Source: an uncultured Thermoplasmata archaeon
GTDB taxonomy: Archaea; Thermoplasmatota; Thermoplasmata; Lutacidiplasmatales; UBA184
Reading direction: 5' to 3'
Assembly: GCA_963842165.1 (NCBI GenBank)
Contig: CAWJFK010000005.1
Coordinates: 326,070-390,069, forward strand
Length of the DNA stretch: 64,000 nt
The position numbers and the translations under genes were made by a program. The notes under the pieces were generated by a model. It was not told the DNA's origin and did not search any database. It was given only the letters and a program-made list of their open reading frames with translations. Positions 20,279-32,988 of the stretch are shown here, piece by piece (position 1 is the first letter of the stretch; each line of letters starts with the position of its first letter).

Positions 20279-20318
20279 GCGACCACCGGCTCGTAGGCTC
20301 GCCTCTGATGCATTATTT

Positions 20319-21944
20319 ATGGTGGACAAGCAACCCGCCCCGCCCAACGACCTCCCCGAGCGGGAGCACCGTCTCATGCTCCCGGCGCTCGGCGACGGTC
20401 TAACGCCGCGGCACGCCAGCGGAGACACCGAGGTCCATCCTCCCACCTCCCCCGAATCGGGGGCCGAGCCTCCCAAGGAGAAGAAGGAGGCGAAGGAGCC
20501 CAAGGAGTCAAAGGACGTCAAGGACGCGAAAGAGACCAGGGAGGCGCCTCCCGAGGCCGCTCCCTCGGCGGAGGTCGAGCCGCTCCCCATCTCGATCGCG
20601 CGGCTCGTTCCGAAGCTCAAGAAGAGCGCGAAGCTGTTCGCGGAAGGCAAGAAGCACATCCCGAACTCTTCGAGCTCGCTCATCCGGGTCGCCTCCTACG
20701 ACCCGTGCCCTCCGTTCATCGCGGCGGGCAAAGGCCCGCGGATCTGGGACGAGGACGGGAACGAGTACCTCGACTTCAACCTGGGGTACGGCTGCCTCAT
20801 CAACGGGCACGCTCCCCGCGAGCAGGTCAAGGCGATCCAGGAGCGCGCCGAGCTCGGGCTCCACTTCGCGGCGCCGACCGCGCTCGAGATCGACCTCGCG
20901 GTGATGTTCCAGAAGATGGTGCCCACCGCCGAGAAGGTCGCGTTCTGCTCCAACGGCTCCGACGCGACCATGAACGCCATCCGGATCGCCCGCGCCGTCA
21001 CGGGCAAGGATGCGATCCTGAAGTTCGAGGGCCACTACCACGGCCAGCATGACTACGCGCTGATCAGCGCGGAAGCGCCTCCGATCGTCGCGGGGCTGGA
21101 CGAGTTCCCCCGTCCGCTCCCGAACTCCGCCGGGATCCCGCCCGGGGTCACGGACTACGTAATGGTCGCCCAGTACAACTCGCTCCTCTCGTTCGAGCGG
21201 ATGGTCAAGCGCTACCGCGACCGCCTCGCGTGCGTCATCCTCGAGCCCATCATGGCGAACTCGGGGATCATCGCCCCCGTCCCGGACTACCTGAAGCACC
21301 TCATCGAGATCGCGCACCAGAACGACCTGCTCGTCATTTTTGACGAGGTGTTCACGGGGTTCCGGGTCGCGCCGGGCGGTGCGCAGGAGCTCTACGGGGT
21401 CGAGCCCGACATCTCCTGCTGGGCGAAGGCGCTCGGCGGCGGGGTGACGATCTCCGCGGTCTCGGGGAAGAGCGAGTACATGGACCTCATCGCCCCCGGG
21501 CGGATCTCGTTCGGCGGCACCTACTTCGCGAACAACATCTCCCTCGCCGGAGCCCTCGCGAACCTGAAGATCCTCCACCGGGGCGGCGCGGACCTCTACG
21601 CGCGCTTTGCCCGGATGACCTCCCGCCTCGAGCACGGGCTCGAGGAGGCCGCCCACGACGCGAAGATCAACGTCCTTGTCCAGTCGGTCAACGGGATGCT
21701 GCAGTTCTTCTTCACGCGGCGGAAGAAGATCCAGAACTACCGCGAGTCGCTCCAGATCGACTGGAACCTCTACCTGCGGCACCACCAGCTCCTGCTGGAC
21801 AAGGGGATCTACATCCACCCCGACAACTACGAGCGGCTCACGTTCTCGAGCGCCCACACCGACAAGGACATCGAGAAGTTCATCTCCATCGCCCACGAGA
21901 CGTTCACGGAGCTGAAGACGCTGCCCCGGGACTACCTCCCGTAG
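20319..21944 (+). CDS. class III (GSA-aminomutase-like) PLP aminotransferase with about 100-aa Lys/Glu/Pro-rich N-terminal extension
   Basis: Intact 541-aa ORF. The conserved core starts at 'KKSAKLFAEGKKHIPNSSSS' and includes 'FCSNGSDATMNAIRIARA', 'DEVFTGFR' and 'CWAKALGGG' (PLP lysine context). Confidence 0.85.
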   Translation: MVDKQPAPPNDLPEREHRLMLPALGDGLTPRHASGDTEVHPPTSPESGAEPPKEKKEAKEPKESKDVKDAKETREAPPEAAPSAEVEPLPISIARLVPKLKKSAKLFAEGKKHIPNSSSSLIRVASYDPCPPFIAAGKGPRIWDEDGNEYLDFNLGYGCLINGHAPREQVKAIQERAELGLHFAAPTALEIDLAVMFQKMVPTAEKVAFCSNGSDATMNAIRIARAVTGKDAILKFEGHYHGQHDYALISAEAPPIVAGLDEFPRPLPNSAGIPPGVTDYVMVAQYNSLLSFERMVKRYRDRLACVILEPIMANSGIIAPVPDYLKHLIEIAHQNDLLVIFDEVFTGFRVAPGGAQELYGVEPDISCWAKALGGGVTISAVSGKSEYMDLIAPGRISFGGTYFANNISLAGALANLKILHRGGADLYARFARMTSRLEHGLEEAAHDAKINVLVQSVNGMLQFFFTRRKKIQNYRESLQIDWNLYLRHHQLLLDKGIYIHPDNYERLTFSSAHTDKDIEKFISIAHETFTELKTLPRDYLP

Positions 21945-22052
21945 GTCCTCGGCCCCCTTTTGAGCCCGAACCCGCGGATTAATAGTCATCATCCCTTGGC
22001 CGCCGGGATGGCGGTGTCGGCAGGACGGCCGGCCCCCTAACGGAGCGTTGGG

Positions 22053-23079
22053 TTGGGCCGGAGTCCGAGCGACCTGATCGTCTTCGTAGGGAAGCGCCTC
22101 GTCCAGCTCATTCCCGTCCTGTTCGGGGTCATCGTCCTCACGTTCTTCTTCACCCACCTCCAGGCGGGCAACATCTGCAATGCGTGGTATCCGCACGCAT
22201 CGGCCTCGACTATCCGAAACTGCGAGGCGACCGCGAACCAACCAATCCTGACCCAGTTCGTCCACTACTTCGTCAGCCTCCTCCAAGGGAACTGGGGCGC
22301 CTCGAACACGGGCGTGCTGGTATTCCCGTACATCGCGGCCGCGGCGCCGGCCACTTTCGAACTGGTCATCGCCGCCCTCTTCCTGATGGTCGTCATCGGG
22401 ATCCCGCTCGGGGTCATCGCGGCCCAGTATAGCGGCCGGTGGGGCGACCACCTGGTCCGGATCTTCTACCTCAGCGGCTGGGCCACCCCGACCTACCTCG
22501 GCGCGGTGATCGCGGCGGTGTTCCTCGGGCCATACCTCGGCCTGCCGAACCACGGGGAGGTACTCGACCCTCGCGCCGCCGTTCCACCAGTACACTCACA
22601 TGTCGGTGGTCGACGCGATCATCGCGGGCAATCTCCCCTACACGGTCGATGCGACCTCCCACCTCATCCTGCCGGCGGCCGTCCTCGCGTTCATCAACAT
22701 GGGGATCGCGACGCGGATGACGCGCGCCTCGATGCTCGAAGTCCTCCCGCTCGACTACGTTCGCTCGGCGCGGATGAAGGGACTGACCGAGTTCTGGGTG
22801 ATGTACAAGCACGCCCTCCGGAACGCGCTCATCACGACGACCACGGTCCTCGGTGTGACCGCGGGGGGCTTGCTCTCTGGCACGGTCGTGGTCGAGGAAG
22901 TGTTCGACTGGCCCGGTATCGGGCAGTACGCCTACACCGCGATCGGCGGCGGTGGCACCGTCCCGAACTATGCCGGTGCGGTCGCGGTGGTCATCATCTT
23001 CGCGATAGGGGTCGTGGTCGCGAACCTCATCGCGGACATTCTGTACGGCGTGCTCGACCCGCGCGTCGATTGGAGGTAG
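22053..23079 (+). CDS. peptide/nickel ABC transporter permease, DppB/OppB-like (one frame change near 22548)
   Basis: The N-terminus 'KRLVQLIPVLFGVIVLTFFF' is in ORF 22053... The C-terminal part 'YSTLAPPFHQYTHMSVVDAII...SMLEVLPLDYVRSARMKGL...ILYGVLDPRV' is in the frame of ORF 22600..23079. Confidence 0.8.
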
Positions 23080-23084
23080 GCGGA

Positions 23085-24119
23085 GTGGCGTCGACCTCGG
23101 CACGGGCTCGCTCCGGCGTCGCGGAGTCGCTCGGCACCTTCTGGCGGGTCCTTCGGGCCAACCCCCTCTCGTTCCTCGGCTTCCTCATGGTGGCCGTCAT
23201 CTGCCTGACGGCCCTCGTCGTCGTGGTCGCCCCGCATCTTCTCGTCCCCTACGGAGCGCAGGTGAACGGCGGCGCCTACTCCCAGGCCCCCTCCGCGAAG
23301 CACCTCTTCGGGACCGACGCGAACGGCTTCGACATCTATTCCAACGTGATGCTTGCGCTGCCGCTCGACCTCGGGATCGGCGTCGCGATCGCGGGGGCCG
23401 CGCTCCTGGCCGGAGGCGCCCTCGGACTCATCGCCGGTTTCTACGACCGCCCCGGCACCGTCGGCGGCGTGGCCTCCGTCACGATCATGCGGCTCACCGA
23501 TATCTTCCTCTCCTTCCCGAGCCTCATCCTCGCGCTGGCGATCACCCGCGCCCTCGGGATCGGGGTCTGGGAGACCGTGCTGGCGATCGGGCTCACGTGG
23601 TGGCCTTACTACGTTCGGCTCGTCCGCGGCGAGGTGCTCGCGATCAAACACCTCCCCTACGTGACGGCCGCCCGGGCCGCTGGCGTCCGGGAGAACCGGA
23701 TCCTGCTCCGCCACGTCGTCCGCAACCTGCTCGAGCCGATCGTCGTCTACTTCACGCTCGACATCGGGACGGTGCTCGTCACCTACTCCACGATCGGCTT
23801 CATCGGCGTGGCCAGCAAGTATCCCGGCCCCCAACCGGAATGGGGCGCGATGCTCGCCTTCTACCAGAGCTCCGGCTCGATCAACACGTACCCCTGGGAG
23901 GTCTTCGCGCCGGGCCTGGCCATCTTCGTCACCGTGCTCGCGTTCAGCCTCCTCGGGGACGGGCTCCGCGACATTCTCGACCCGAGGACCCGCCGCGCGT
24001 TCGTACGGGGCACGGTCAGCCATGACCCACCCCCCGAGTTGCCGCCGCTCGCCTCCGCCGAGGTCGCGGGCGCCCCGGCCGCCGCGGCCGGCCCCGTCGA
24101 CTCGGGGGTGCCCACGTGA
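23085..24119 (+). CDS. peptide/nickel ABC transporter permease, DppC/OppC-like
   Basis: Tail of track ORF 22053..24119, starting at GTG 23085. 'HLFGTDANGFDIYSNV', 'RLTDIFLSFPSLILALAI' and 'YVTAARAAGVRENRILLRHVVRN'. Confidence 0.85.
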   Translation: MASTSARARSGVAESLGTFWRVLRANPLSFLGFLMVAVICLTALVVVVAPHLLVPYGAQVNGGAYSQAPSAKHLFGTDANGFDIYSNVMLALPLDLGIGVAIAGAALLAGGALGLIAGFYDRPGTVGGVASVTIMRLTDIFLSFPSLILALAITRALGIGVWETVLAIGLTWWPYYVRLVRGEVLAIKHLPYVTAARAAGVRENRILLRHVVRNLLEPIVVYFTLDIGTVLVTYSTIGFIGVASKYPGPQPEWGAMLAFYQSSGSINTYPWEVFAPGLAIFVTVLAFSLLGDGLRDILDPRTRRAFVRGTVSHDPPPELPPLASAEVAGAPAAAAGPVDSGVPT

Positions 24120-25270
24120 CCGAGCCCCTCCTTCGGATCCAGAACCTTTCGATCACCTACACGGTCGGCGCCGGCGTCTTTCAGGCGGTCTCGGACGTTT
24201 CGCTCGACATCTACCCCGGGCGGGTCGTCGGGATCGTCGGCGAGACCGGGTGCGGTAAGAGCACGCTCGCGCAGGCGATCCCCCGGCTGATGCCGGAGCC
24301 CCCGGCCTCCATCGGCTCTGGCCGGATCATCTTCCGGGGGACGGACCTGGTCCAGGTCCCGAAGAGCAAGATGCCGATGGTCCGCGGCACGGGGATCGGG
24401 ATGATCTTCCAAGAGCCGCTCAACTCCCTCAACCCTGCGTACCGGGTCTTCGACCAGATCGTCGAGTCCATCCAGATCCGTCACTTCCGCGAGATCGGGG
24501 TCGTGAAGTCGTTCCAGGGGGGGGAGGTCCCGTTCGACTACTCCAAGCGCCCGACGACGACGGTCGCGAGCGCCCTCACCCGCTCGGTGGTGCCCGACGG
24601 GGCGGTGGAGCAGGCCGTGAAGGAGCGGATACGGACCCGGTCGGACTACCGGAAGGAAGTCCTCGACTACCTCCGCCTCGTCCGGATCAACGACCCCGAG
24701 ACGATCATCGACCTCTATCCGCACGAGCTCTCGGGCGGGATGCGTCAGCGCATCATGATCGCGATGGCGCTCAGCGAGAAGCCGTCGCTCCTCATCGCGG
24801 ACGAACCGACCAGCGCGCTGGACGTCACGATCCAGGCCCAGGTCCTGACGCTCATGAAAGACCTCATCGACGAGGTCGACGCGTCCGTCCTCTTCATCAG
24901 CCACGACCTGGGCGTGATCGCCGAGACCGCGGACGAGATCGGCGTGATGTACGCCGGTCGGATCATCGAGTACGGGCCGGTGGACGAGGTGTTCCGCTCC
25001 CCGCGCCACCCCTACACGAAACTGCTGCTCGCGGCCGCGCCCCGGATCTACAAGTCGGACGGCCCTCTCCGCTCGATCCCCGGCAACGTGCCCAACCTCT
25101 CGCGCCCCCCGTCCGGCTGTCGGTTCCATCCCCGGTGCCCGCTCGCTCGTCCGGTCTGCAAGGGCGACCCGCCTCCGCTCGCGCCGGTGACCCCGTCCGA
25201 GCCCGGCACTCCCCCCGACGGGCACCGGAGCGCGTGCTACTTCCCCGAGGAGGTGCCCGGGCTCCCGTGA
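24116..25270 (+). CDS. ABC transporter ATP-binding protein, DppD/OppD-like
   Basis: Walker A 'GETGCGKST', signature 'LSGGMRQR', Walker B 'LLIADEPTSALD', and the C-terminal oligopeptide-ABC motif 'GCRFHPRCP'. Confidence 0.85.
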   Translation: MTEPLLRIQNLSITYTVGAGVFQAVSDVSLDIYPGRVVGIVGETGCGKSTLAQAIPRLMPEPPASIGSGRIIFRGTDLVQVPKSKMPMVRGTGIGMIFQEPLNSLNPAYRVFDQIVESIQIRHFREIGVVKSFQGGEVPFDYSKRPTTTVASALTRSVVPDGAVEQAVKERIRTRSDYRKEVLDYLRLVRINDPETIIDLYPHELSGGMRQRIMIAMALSEKPSLLIADEPTSALDVTIQAQVLTLMKDLIDEVDASVLFISHDLGVIAETADEIGVMYAGRIIEYGPVDEVFRSPRHPYTKLLLAAAPRIYKSDGPLRSIPGNVPNLSRPPSGCRFHPRCPLARPVCKGDPPPLAPVTPSEPGTPPDGHRSACYFPEEVPGLP

Positions 25271-26345
25271 ACGACGCCTCCCCCCTGCTCGAAGCCGTCG
25301 GCGTCCAGAAGCTGTTCCCGCTCACGCGCAGCCTCGGGGACGTGGTCGGGCGGGTCCCCCGACGCTCGGTCCACGCGGTGGACGGGGTCTCGATCACCGT
25401 CGGGCCCGGGGAGACGCTGGGGCTCATCGGCGAGTCGGGCTCCGGCAAGACCACGCTCGGCTGGCTCGTCTCCCGCCTCCACGAGCCGACGGAGGGTCAG
25501 ATCCGGTTCCAAGGGAAGGACGTGACCCACCTCGGCGGCGAGGAGCTGCGCCTGTGGCGGCGCAACGTCCAGGTGGTCTTCCAGGACCCGGTCGGTTCCC
25601 TCGACCCCCGATTGCGGGTCTGGCAGATCGTGGGGGAGCCGCTGCGCGCCCAGCTCGAGCTCTCGCGACGGGAGTCCCGGGCGCGGGTCGAGGCGCTCCT
25701 TCCGAGCGTCGGGTTGCCGCCGGACTGCCTGGACCAATACCCCCACGAGTTCTCGGGAGGCGGTCGGCAGCGGCTCTCGCTCGCGCGGGCGCTCTCCGTC
25801 AGCCCCCGCCTGATCGTGCTGGACGAACCGACCAGCGCGCTCGACGTGGCCGTCCAGGCCCAGATCCTGAACCGCCTCATCGAGCTCCAGCGCGAGCGGG
25901 GGATCGCCTACCTGCTCATCACGCACAACGTCGCCGCGGTGCGATTTGCCGCTGACCGGGTGGCGGTGATGTACCTCGGCCAGGTCGTCGAGTACGGCGG
26001 GGCCCGGGACGTGCTCGAGCACCCGGTCCACCCCTACACGAAGGCGCTCCTCGCCGCGGTCCCCCAGCCGGATCCCGGGCGACGCAAGAAGCGCTATCGG
26101 ATCGAGGGGGACATCCCATCACTCATCGACCCGAAACCGGGGTGCCGCTTTGCCCCCCGTTGCCCGTTCGTCGTAGACTCCTGTCGAACGGCGGACCCGC
26201 CCCTCGTGCCCCACCCCGGGGTCGAGGGCCGGGTCGTGGCGTGCTTCCGGGCGGAAGAGGTGGCGGACATCCCGCCCGAGTCGTTCCTGGTCTCCGCGGA
26301 GCCGACGGCGCCCGCGGCGGCTGCAGCGGAAACGACCCCATCTAG
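25267..26345 (+). CDS. ABC transporter ATP-binding protein, DppF/OppF-like (3' end uncertain)
   Basis: GTG 25267. Walker A 'GESGSGKTT', 'FSGGGRQR', 'LIVLDEPTSALD' and 'GCRFAPRCP'. As assembled the frame stays open to 26475, antisense to the conserved C-terminus of the convergent binding-protein gene, so the true stop is probably near 26345. Confidence 0.75.
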
Positions 26346-28254
26346 CTCAAGCCACTGCGTGTTGAACCCGATCGCGAACGGCTCGGCGCTCGCCATGGGG
26401 TTCTGGACGAACCCGTGGAGGTTCGCGGAGTACACGGCAAACGAGGTCGGGACGACCAGCCAGATCTCGGTGTAGTTGTCGTACATGAGCTGGGTCATGG
26501 TCGAGTAGTCCGCGGTGAGGTTGGCCGGGTTCGACTCTCCGGCGGCGGCGAAGGTATCGGCATCGACCGTCGAATTCGAGTAGCCGGCCATGCACCCGTT
26601 CGCGCTGCCGAGCGAGTAGGCGTCGTTCTGGGTCCAGTCGTCGGGCGAGATGTAGTCCGACGTGTAGAACTCCTGGCCCATGTAGAACGGTCCGTCGTTC
26701 GCCGAGGTGTCCGAGACGCACTGGCCGTTCGTGTCCCGCCCCTGCTCCTCGTAGAGCGCGGCCAGGCTCACGCCGACCGGGTTGATGTCGATCCCGATCG
26801 CCTTCAAGTCGGCCTCCAGGAACTGGGCGGTCTCGACCCAGTCGTTCCCCGTGTTGAGGTACATGTAGTTGATCGAGTCCCCCGCACACGCGTTGTTCGC
26901 GCACGGCGAGTCGGCGATCTCCTGCTGCGCCAGCGCGAGGTCGTACCGGTAGTACGGTTCGTGCGCCGTCACGTTGTTGTTGTACGGGTAGGCCGGCGGC
27001 ACGGGCCCGACCCACTGCTGGGCGTAGCCGCCGAACGCCTGCTGGATGATCTGTTGGTAGTCGATCGCGTGCGTGATCGCCTCCCGGACCGAGAGGTTGT
27101 TGAACGGGGCATGGCTCGAGTTCATGAAGATCCACCACGAACCGCTGGTCGCACCGTAGACGGTCGGGAGGGGCTGGACGACCAGGTTCGAGTGACCTTC
27201 GAGCTGCTGGATGGTCGACGGCCCGACGTAGGCGAACGAGGCCTCCTGGACCGCCCCCGTGGTGAGGTCGTTGCTCGTGATGTCGATGGCGTCCTGGAAG
27301 ATCACGTCGACCGTAGTGTTGGCGGCCGGCAGCTGGCTGTTCCAGGTCTCGGCCCGGGCGGCCGTCGCGCCCCAGTAGTGCGAGTTCGGGCTGAGCGTGT
27401 AGCCCCCTCCGCCCACCCCGTTGTAGTTCTGCAGGAGGTAAGGACCGGTTCCCAACGTGTTGGAGGCGAGGTAGGTGTTGACCTCGCCAACCTGGATGCC
27501 GCCGTTCGCATCGACCACCTGCGGGTCGACCGCGTACGAGTTCGGCGCCGAGATCGAGGCCAGGAGGTAGGTGTAGTTGCTGGCGAGGTAGCCGTACCCG
27601 AGGTTCAGGGCGATCGCGGAGGCGTTGATCACCTGGAACGACTGGTCAGCGATCTCCATCTGGGCGATCTCGGAGGAGGTGGGGTTGGCAAAGTTCCAGC
27701 TGTTGAGGTCCGCGACGAGGGTCGCGTTCGCCGCCTGGTCGCTCGCGTTGCTCGAGTAGTACCAGAGCGGGGAGGTCGTGCTGAAGTTCGTCGAGTAGAA
27801 GTTCTGCTCGAGGATGAACTGGGGGCCCTGGATGAGGAGCAGGCTGCGGTAGAGGCTGTACCACTGGACGTAGGCGTTGTACGGGTCCCCGTTCGAGAAC
27901 GTCACGCCCGTCCGAAGGGTGAAGGTGTAGGTCGAGAAGTTGGTGTTGGGGTTGTTGCTCACGGTCCAGTCGTGGGCGAGCACGCCCGAGAAGTTGGTCA
28001 CGCTCGAGCCGTTGTAATCCACGAGCCCCTGGTAGACCTGCTGGACGGCCGCCCAGCCCGGTGTCGAGAACGTCACGGCGGGGTCGAGCGAGTCCGGGAT
28101 CTCGGCCTGGTCGACGCAGATCGTCCCCGTTTCGTTCGGCCCGCAGCTCGACACCGCGGGGGAAGTCCGCAGGACGTAGTACGTCCCCGAGGCCCGCGAC
28201 CACTAGGACTACGACGATGACCACCACGATGATGTTCCGTCGCCTCGGATCCAT
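26343..28254 (-). CDS. ABC transporter substrate-binding protein, family 5 (peptide/nickel) with N-terminal membrane anchor (frame change near 28190; 3' end uncertain)
   Basis: The N-terminus 'MDPRRRNIIVVVIVVVLVV' (ORF 27646..28254) joins, at a G4 run, to 'TYYVLRTSPAVSSCGPNETG...' (ORF 26094..28154). The body is a typical SBP_bac_5-like pattern ('FTLRTGVTFSNGDPYNA'). There is no in-frame stop until 26094. Confidence 0.8.
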
Positions 28255-28398
28255 ACGAAAAACCCCCTCCAGAGGGCCGAGGTCGCCGATTCCCTGGCCC
28301 CTTGATAAGGTGTGCTAGGGTCCCTCACGGGGGGCCCGGGGACGCTCTCCGCGCCAGCCTCTTTACCGTCCCGCTCCTCGCGAGGTCGAGGTTCGGGG

Positions 28399-29894
28399 AT
28401 GACGGCGCGCATGCTGATCGCCGGCGAGTGGGTCGAATCCGGAAGCGGAGCGACGACCCCTGTAATGAGCCCGTTCGACGGAACCGTGCTGGGGTCGGTC
28501 CCGAAGGGGAACCGGGAGGATGCCCGCCGTGCGATCGACGCGGCGCGCGAGGCGTTCGACCGAGGCCCCTGGCCGAAGCTCCCGCCCCGGGCCCGCGGGG
28601 ATGTCTACCTCAAGGCCGCCGCGCTGCTCCAGGCCCGTCTCGGTGAGATCGCCGAGCTCGAGAGCCGCAACCAGGGCAAGACGATCAAGCAGGCCGCGGA
28701 CGCGGACTTGCCGTTCTCCGTCGACAACCTGGTCTTCTACGCCGGAGCGGGCCGCACGATGGAGGCAAAGAGCCCCGGTGAGTTCACGGGCGACGGGACG
28801 ACCTTCTTCCGACGGGAGCCGGTCGGGGTGGTCGCCTCGATCACGCCCTGGAACTACCCCATCATGATGGCGGTCTGGAAGCTCGGACCCGGCCCTCATC
28901 ACGGGCAACACAGTGGTCCTGAAGCCGGCGAGCTGGACCCCTCTCACGAGCCTCGAGCTCGGGAAGGTCTTCGCGGACGCCGGGCTCCCCAAGGGCGCGC
29001 TCAACGTGGTGACCGGCCCCGGCGCGGAGGTGGGCGACGAGCTGTCCCGCAACCCGAAGGTCGACCTCGTCTCCCTCACAGGCGACACCGCGACCGGCCG
29101 CACGATCATGGCCGCCGCGAGCGGGACGGTCAAGCGGGTCCAGCTCGAGCTCGGCGGCAAGGCGCCGTTCATCGTCTTCGAGGACGCCGACATCGCCGCG
29201 GCGGTCGAAGGGGCGGTCGTGGCGGGGTTCGTCAACGGCGGCCAGGACTGCACGGCCGCGACCCGGCTCATTCTGCACAAGAACGTCCGCGCCAAGTTCG
29301 TGAAGCACCTGCTCGAGCGCGTTGGGACAATCCGGGTCGGCGACCCGCTCTCCCGCTCGACCGACCTCGGACCGCTGGTCCACCCCACGCACCAGAAGCG
29401 CGTCCTCGAGTTCGTGGAGAAGGGGAAGGCGGAGGGGGCGAAGCTCCTGACGGGGGGGACAGATGCCCACGCGCAGCATCCCCACGGGGCGTTCGTCACG
29501 CCGACCGTGTTCGACGACGTGGCTCCCGACATGACGATCGCCCAGAAGGAGATCTTCGGGCCGGTGCTGGACGTGATCGAGTTCTCGACGTACGACGAGG
29601 CGATCGAGATCGCCAACGGCGTGGAGTACGGCCTCGCCGGGCAGCCTCTGGACGAACGACGTCCGGACGGCGATCCGGGCGGCCAACGCCCTCCGCTTCG
29701 GAGATGTCTGGGTGAACGACCACCTGCCGCTCGGGTCCGAGACCCCGCACGGTGGGTTCAAGCAATCCGGGTTCGGCAAGGACCTAGGAGCCGACTCGTT
29801 GCTCGACTTCACCATCCTGAAGACGATCTACGTCGACCTCACGGGCCAGGCGCGCAAGGGCTGGCACTACACCACATACGGGGACCCGGGTTAG
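28399..29894 (+). CDS. NAD(P)-dependent aldehyde dehydrogenase (two frame changes near 28888 and 29641)
   Basis: 'ITPWNYPIMMAVWKLGP' then 'ALITGNTVVLKPASWTP', 'LELGGKAPFIVF', 'NGGQDCTAATR', 'EIFGPVL', then 'SLWTNDVRTAIRAANALRFGDVWVNDH...PHGGFKQSGFG', ending at TAG 29892-29894. Confidence 0.8.
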
Positions 29895-29902
29895 GAGAGG
29901 GC

Positions 29903-31358
29903 ATGGTCGCAGGCATCCCGGCGAGCGGCAAAGGCTCGCTCTTCATCGGCGGCGAGTGGCGGGCGCCGAGCGGCGGGAAGTACCGCCCCGTGGTCGACCC
30001 CTCGACGGGTCGGCCGATCGGGGAAGCTCCGGTCGCGTCCGCGGACGAAGCGCGGGCGGCGATCGACGCCGCGGCAGCGGTCGAGGAGTCCTGGGGAAGC
30101 ATTCCCGGTCATGAACGGGCCCGCATCCTCCGGGCGGCGGCCGAGCGGATCCGGGCGGACCGGGACACTCTGGCGCTGCTGATCGCTCACGAGGTGGGAA
30201 AGCCGATCAAAGACGCTCGCGTCGAGGCCACCCGAGCGGCCGGGGTCTTCCAGCTCGCCGCGGAGGAGATCCGTCACCTGGGCGGAGAGAGCTATCCGGC
30301 GGACGCGTACCAGTACCCCGCCGGGAACGAGCACCGCTTCCTGTTCAGCGTCCGTGACCCCATCGGGGTGGTGGTGGCGATCGGGCCGTTCAACTTCCCG
30401 CTCAACCTGCTCTGCCACAAAGTCGCCCCGGCCCTCGCCGCGGGGAACCCGGTCGTCGCCAAACCTCCGAGCGCCGCTCCGTTCACGGCCCTTCGCCTGG
30501 CAGAGCACCTCGCCGCCGCGGGACTACCGCCGGGCGCCCTCAACGTGGTGGTCGGCTCCGGCGCCACCGTCGGGGACACGCTCGTAGAGCACCCGCGCAC
30601 GCGCCTCATCACCTTCACCGGGTCGACCGAGGTCGGCAAGGGGATCGCCGAGAAGGCGGGCCGCCACGCGAAGCGCGTCATCCTCGAGATGGGCGGGATG
30701 GACCCGTTCATCGTCCTGGACGACGCCCCCTGGCGTCGACCGTCGAAGCCGCCGCGCGCGGCGTGTTCAGCTACTCCGGCCAGGTCTGCACCGCCTCGAA
30801 GCGATTCCTCGTAGCGGACGGCATCGCCGACCGGTTCGCGGCCGCGCTCGCCGAGCGCGCCAAAACGCTGCGGGTCGGCCCGGCGGACCGAAGAGATCGA
30901 CCGAGGTCGGGCCGCTCATCGACGCCGGGGCCGTCGACCGCATGGAGACCCTGGTCGCGGACGCCCGCAACCGCTCGGCCAAGGTGCTCGCGGGGGGCGG
31001 GCGCCCGACGGACCGGACCGAGGGCACGTACTACCTTCCGACCGTGCTCGACGCCGTGCCCGAGGAGGCCCGGGTCGCGCACGAGGAACCGTTCGGCCCG
31101 ATCGCCCCCATCCTCCGCTTCGCCTCGACTCGACGACGCGGTCCGGATCGCGAACAGCACCCCGTACGGCCTCCAGGCCGCGGTCTACACGAAGGACCTC
31201 GCGAAGGGGTTCGCCCTCGCGAAGCGGATCCGCGCCGGCGGCGTGCATCTCGAACGACCCGACGAACCTCCGGTGGGACGCGCTCCCGTTCGGCGGGATC
31301 AAGGAGAGCGGGCTCGGCCGGGAGGGACTCCGCTACGCGATGGAAGAGATGACCGAGG

Positions 31359-31388
<30 letters not shown>
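29903..31388 (+). pseudogene. aldehyde dehydrogenase, second tandem copy, at least 4 frame changes (about 30727, 30885, 31122, 31248); 3' end uncertain
   Basis: 'GPFNFPLNLLCHKVAPALAAGNPVVAKP', 'ILEMGGMDPFIV', 'YSGQVCTASKR', '[11 protein letters not shown]', '[12 protein letters not shown]' and '[14 protein letters not shown]' are found successively in frames 2,1,0,1,2. Confidence 0.7.
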
Positions 31389-32926
<1,538 letters not shown>

Positions 32927-32988
32927 AGGTTTCCCTCCCTGACACGGACCGAAGTGATATCACTCCTCGGGCGCCCACCGGACGGGTT

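Noticed and set aside
22053-24119. Apparent giant fusion ORFs: DppB-DppC (22053..24119), ALDH1-ALDH2 (28913..30814), amidohydrolase-aminotransferase (32989..35184) and 17487..18869.
   Set aside because: In each case only part of the ORF carries the family motifs. The rest is out-of-frame read-through caused by an indel, or overlap with the upstream gene. The reconstructed genes have normal lengths and coupled stop/start junctions (for example ATGA at 33868-33871).
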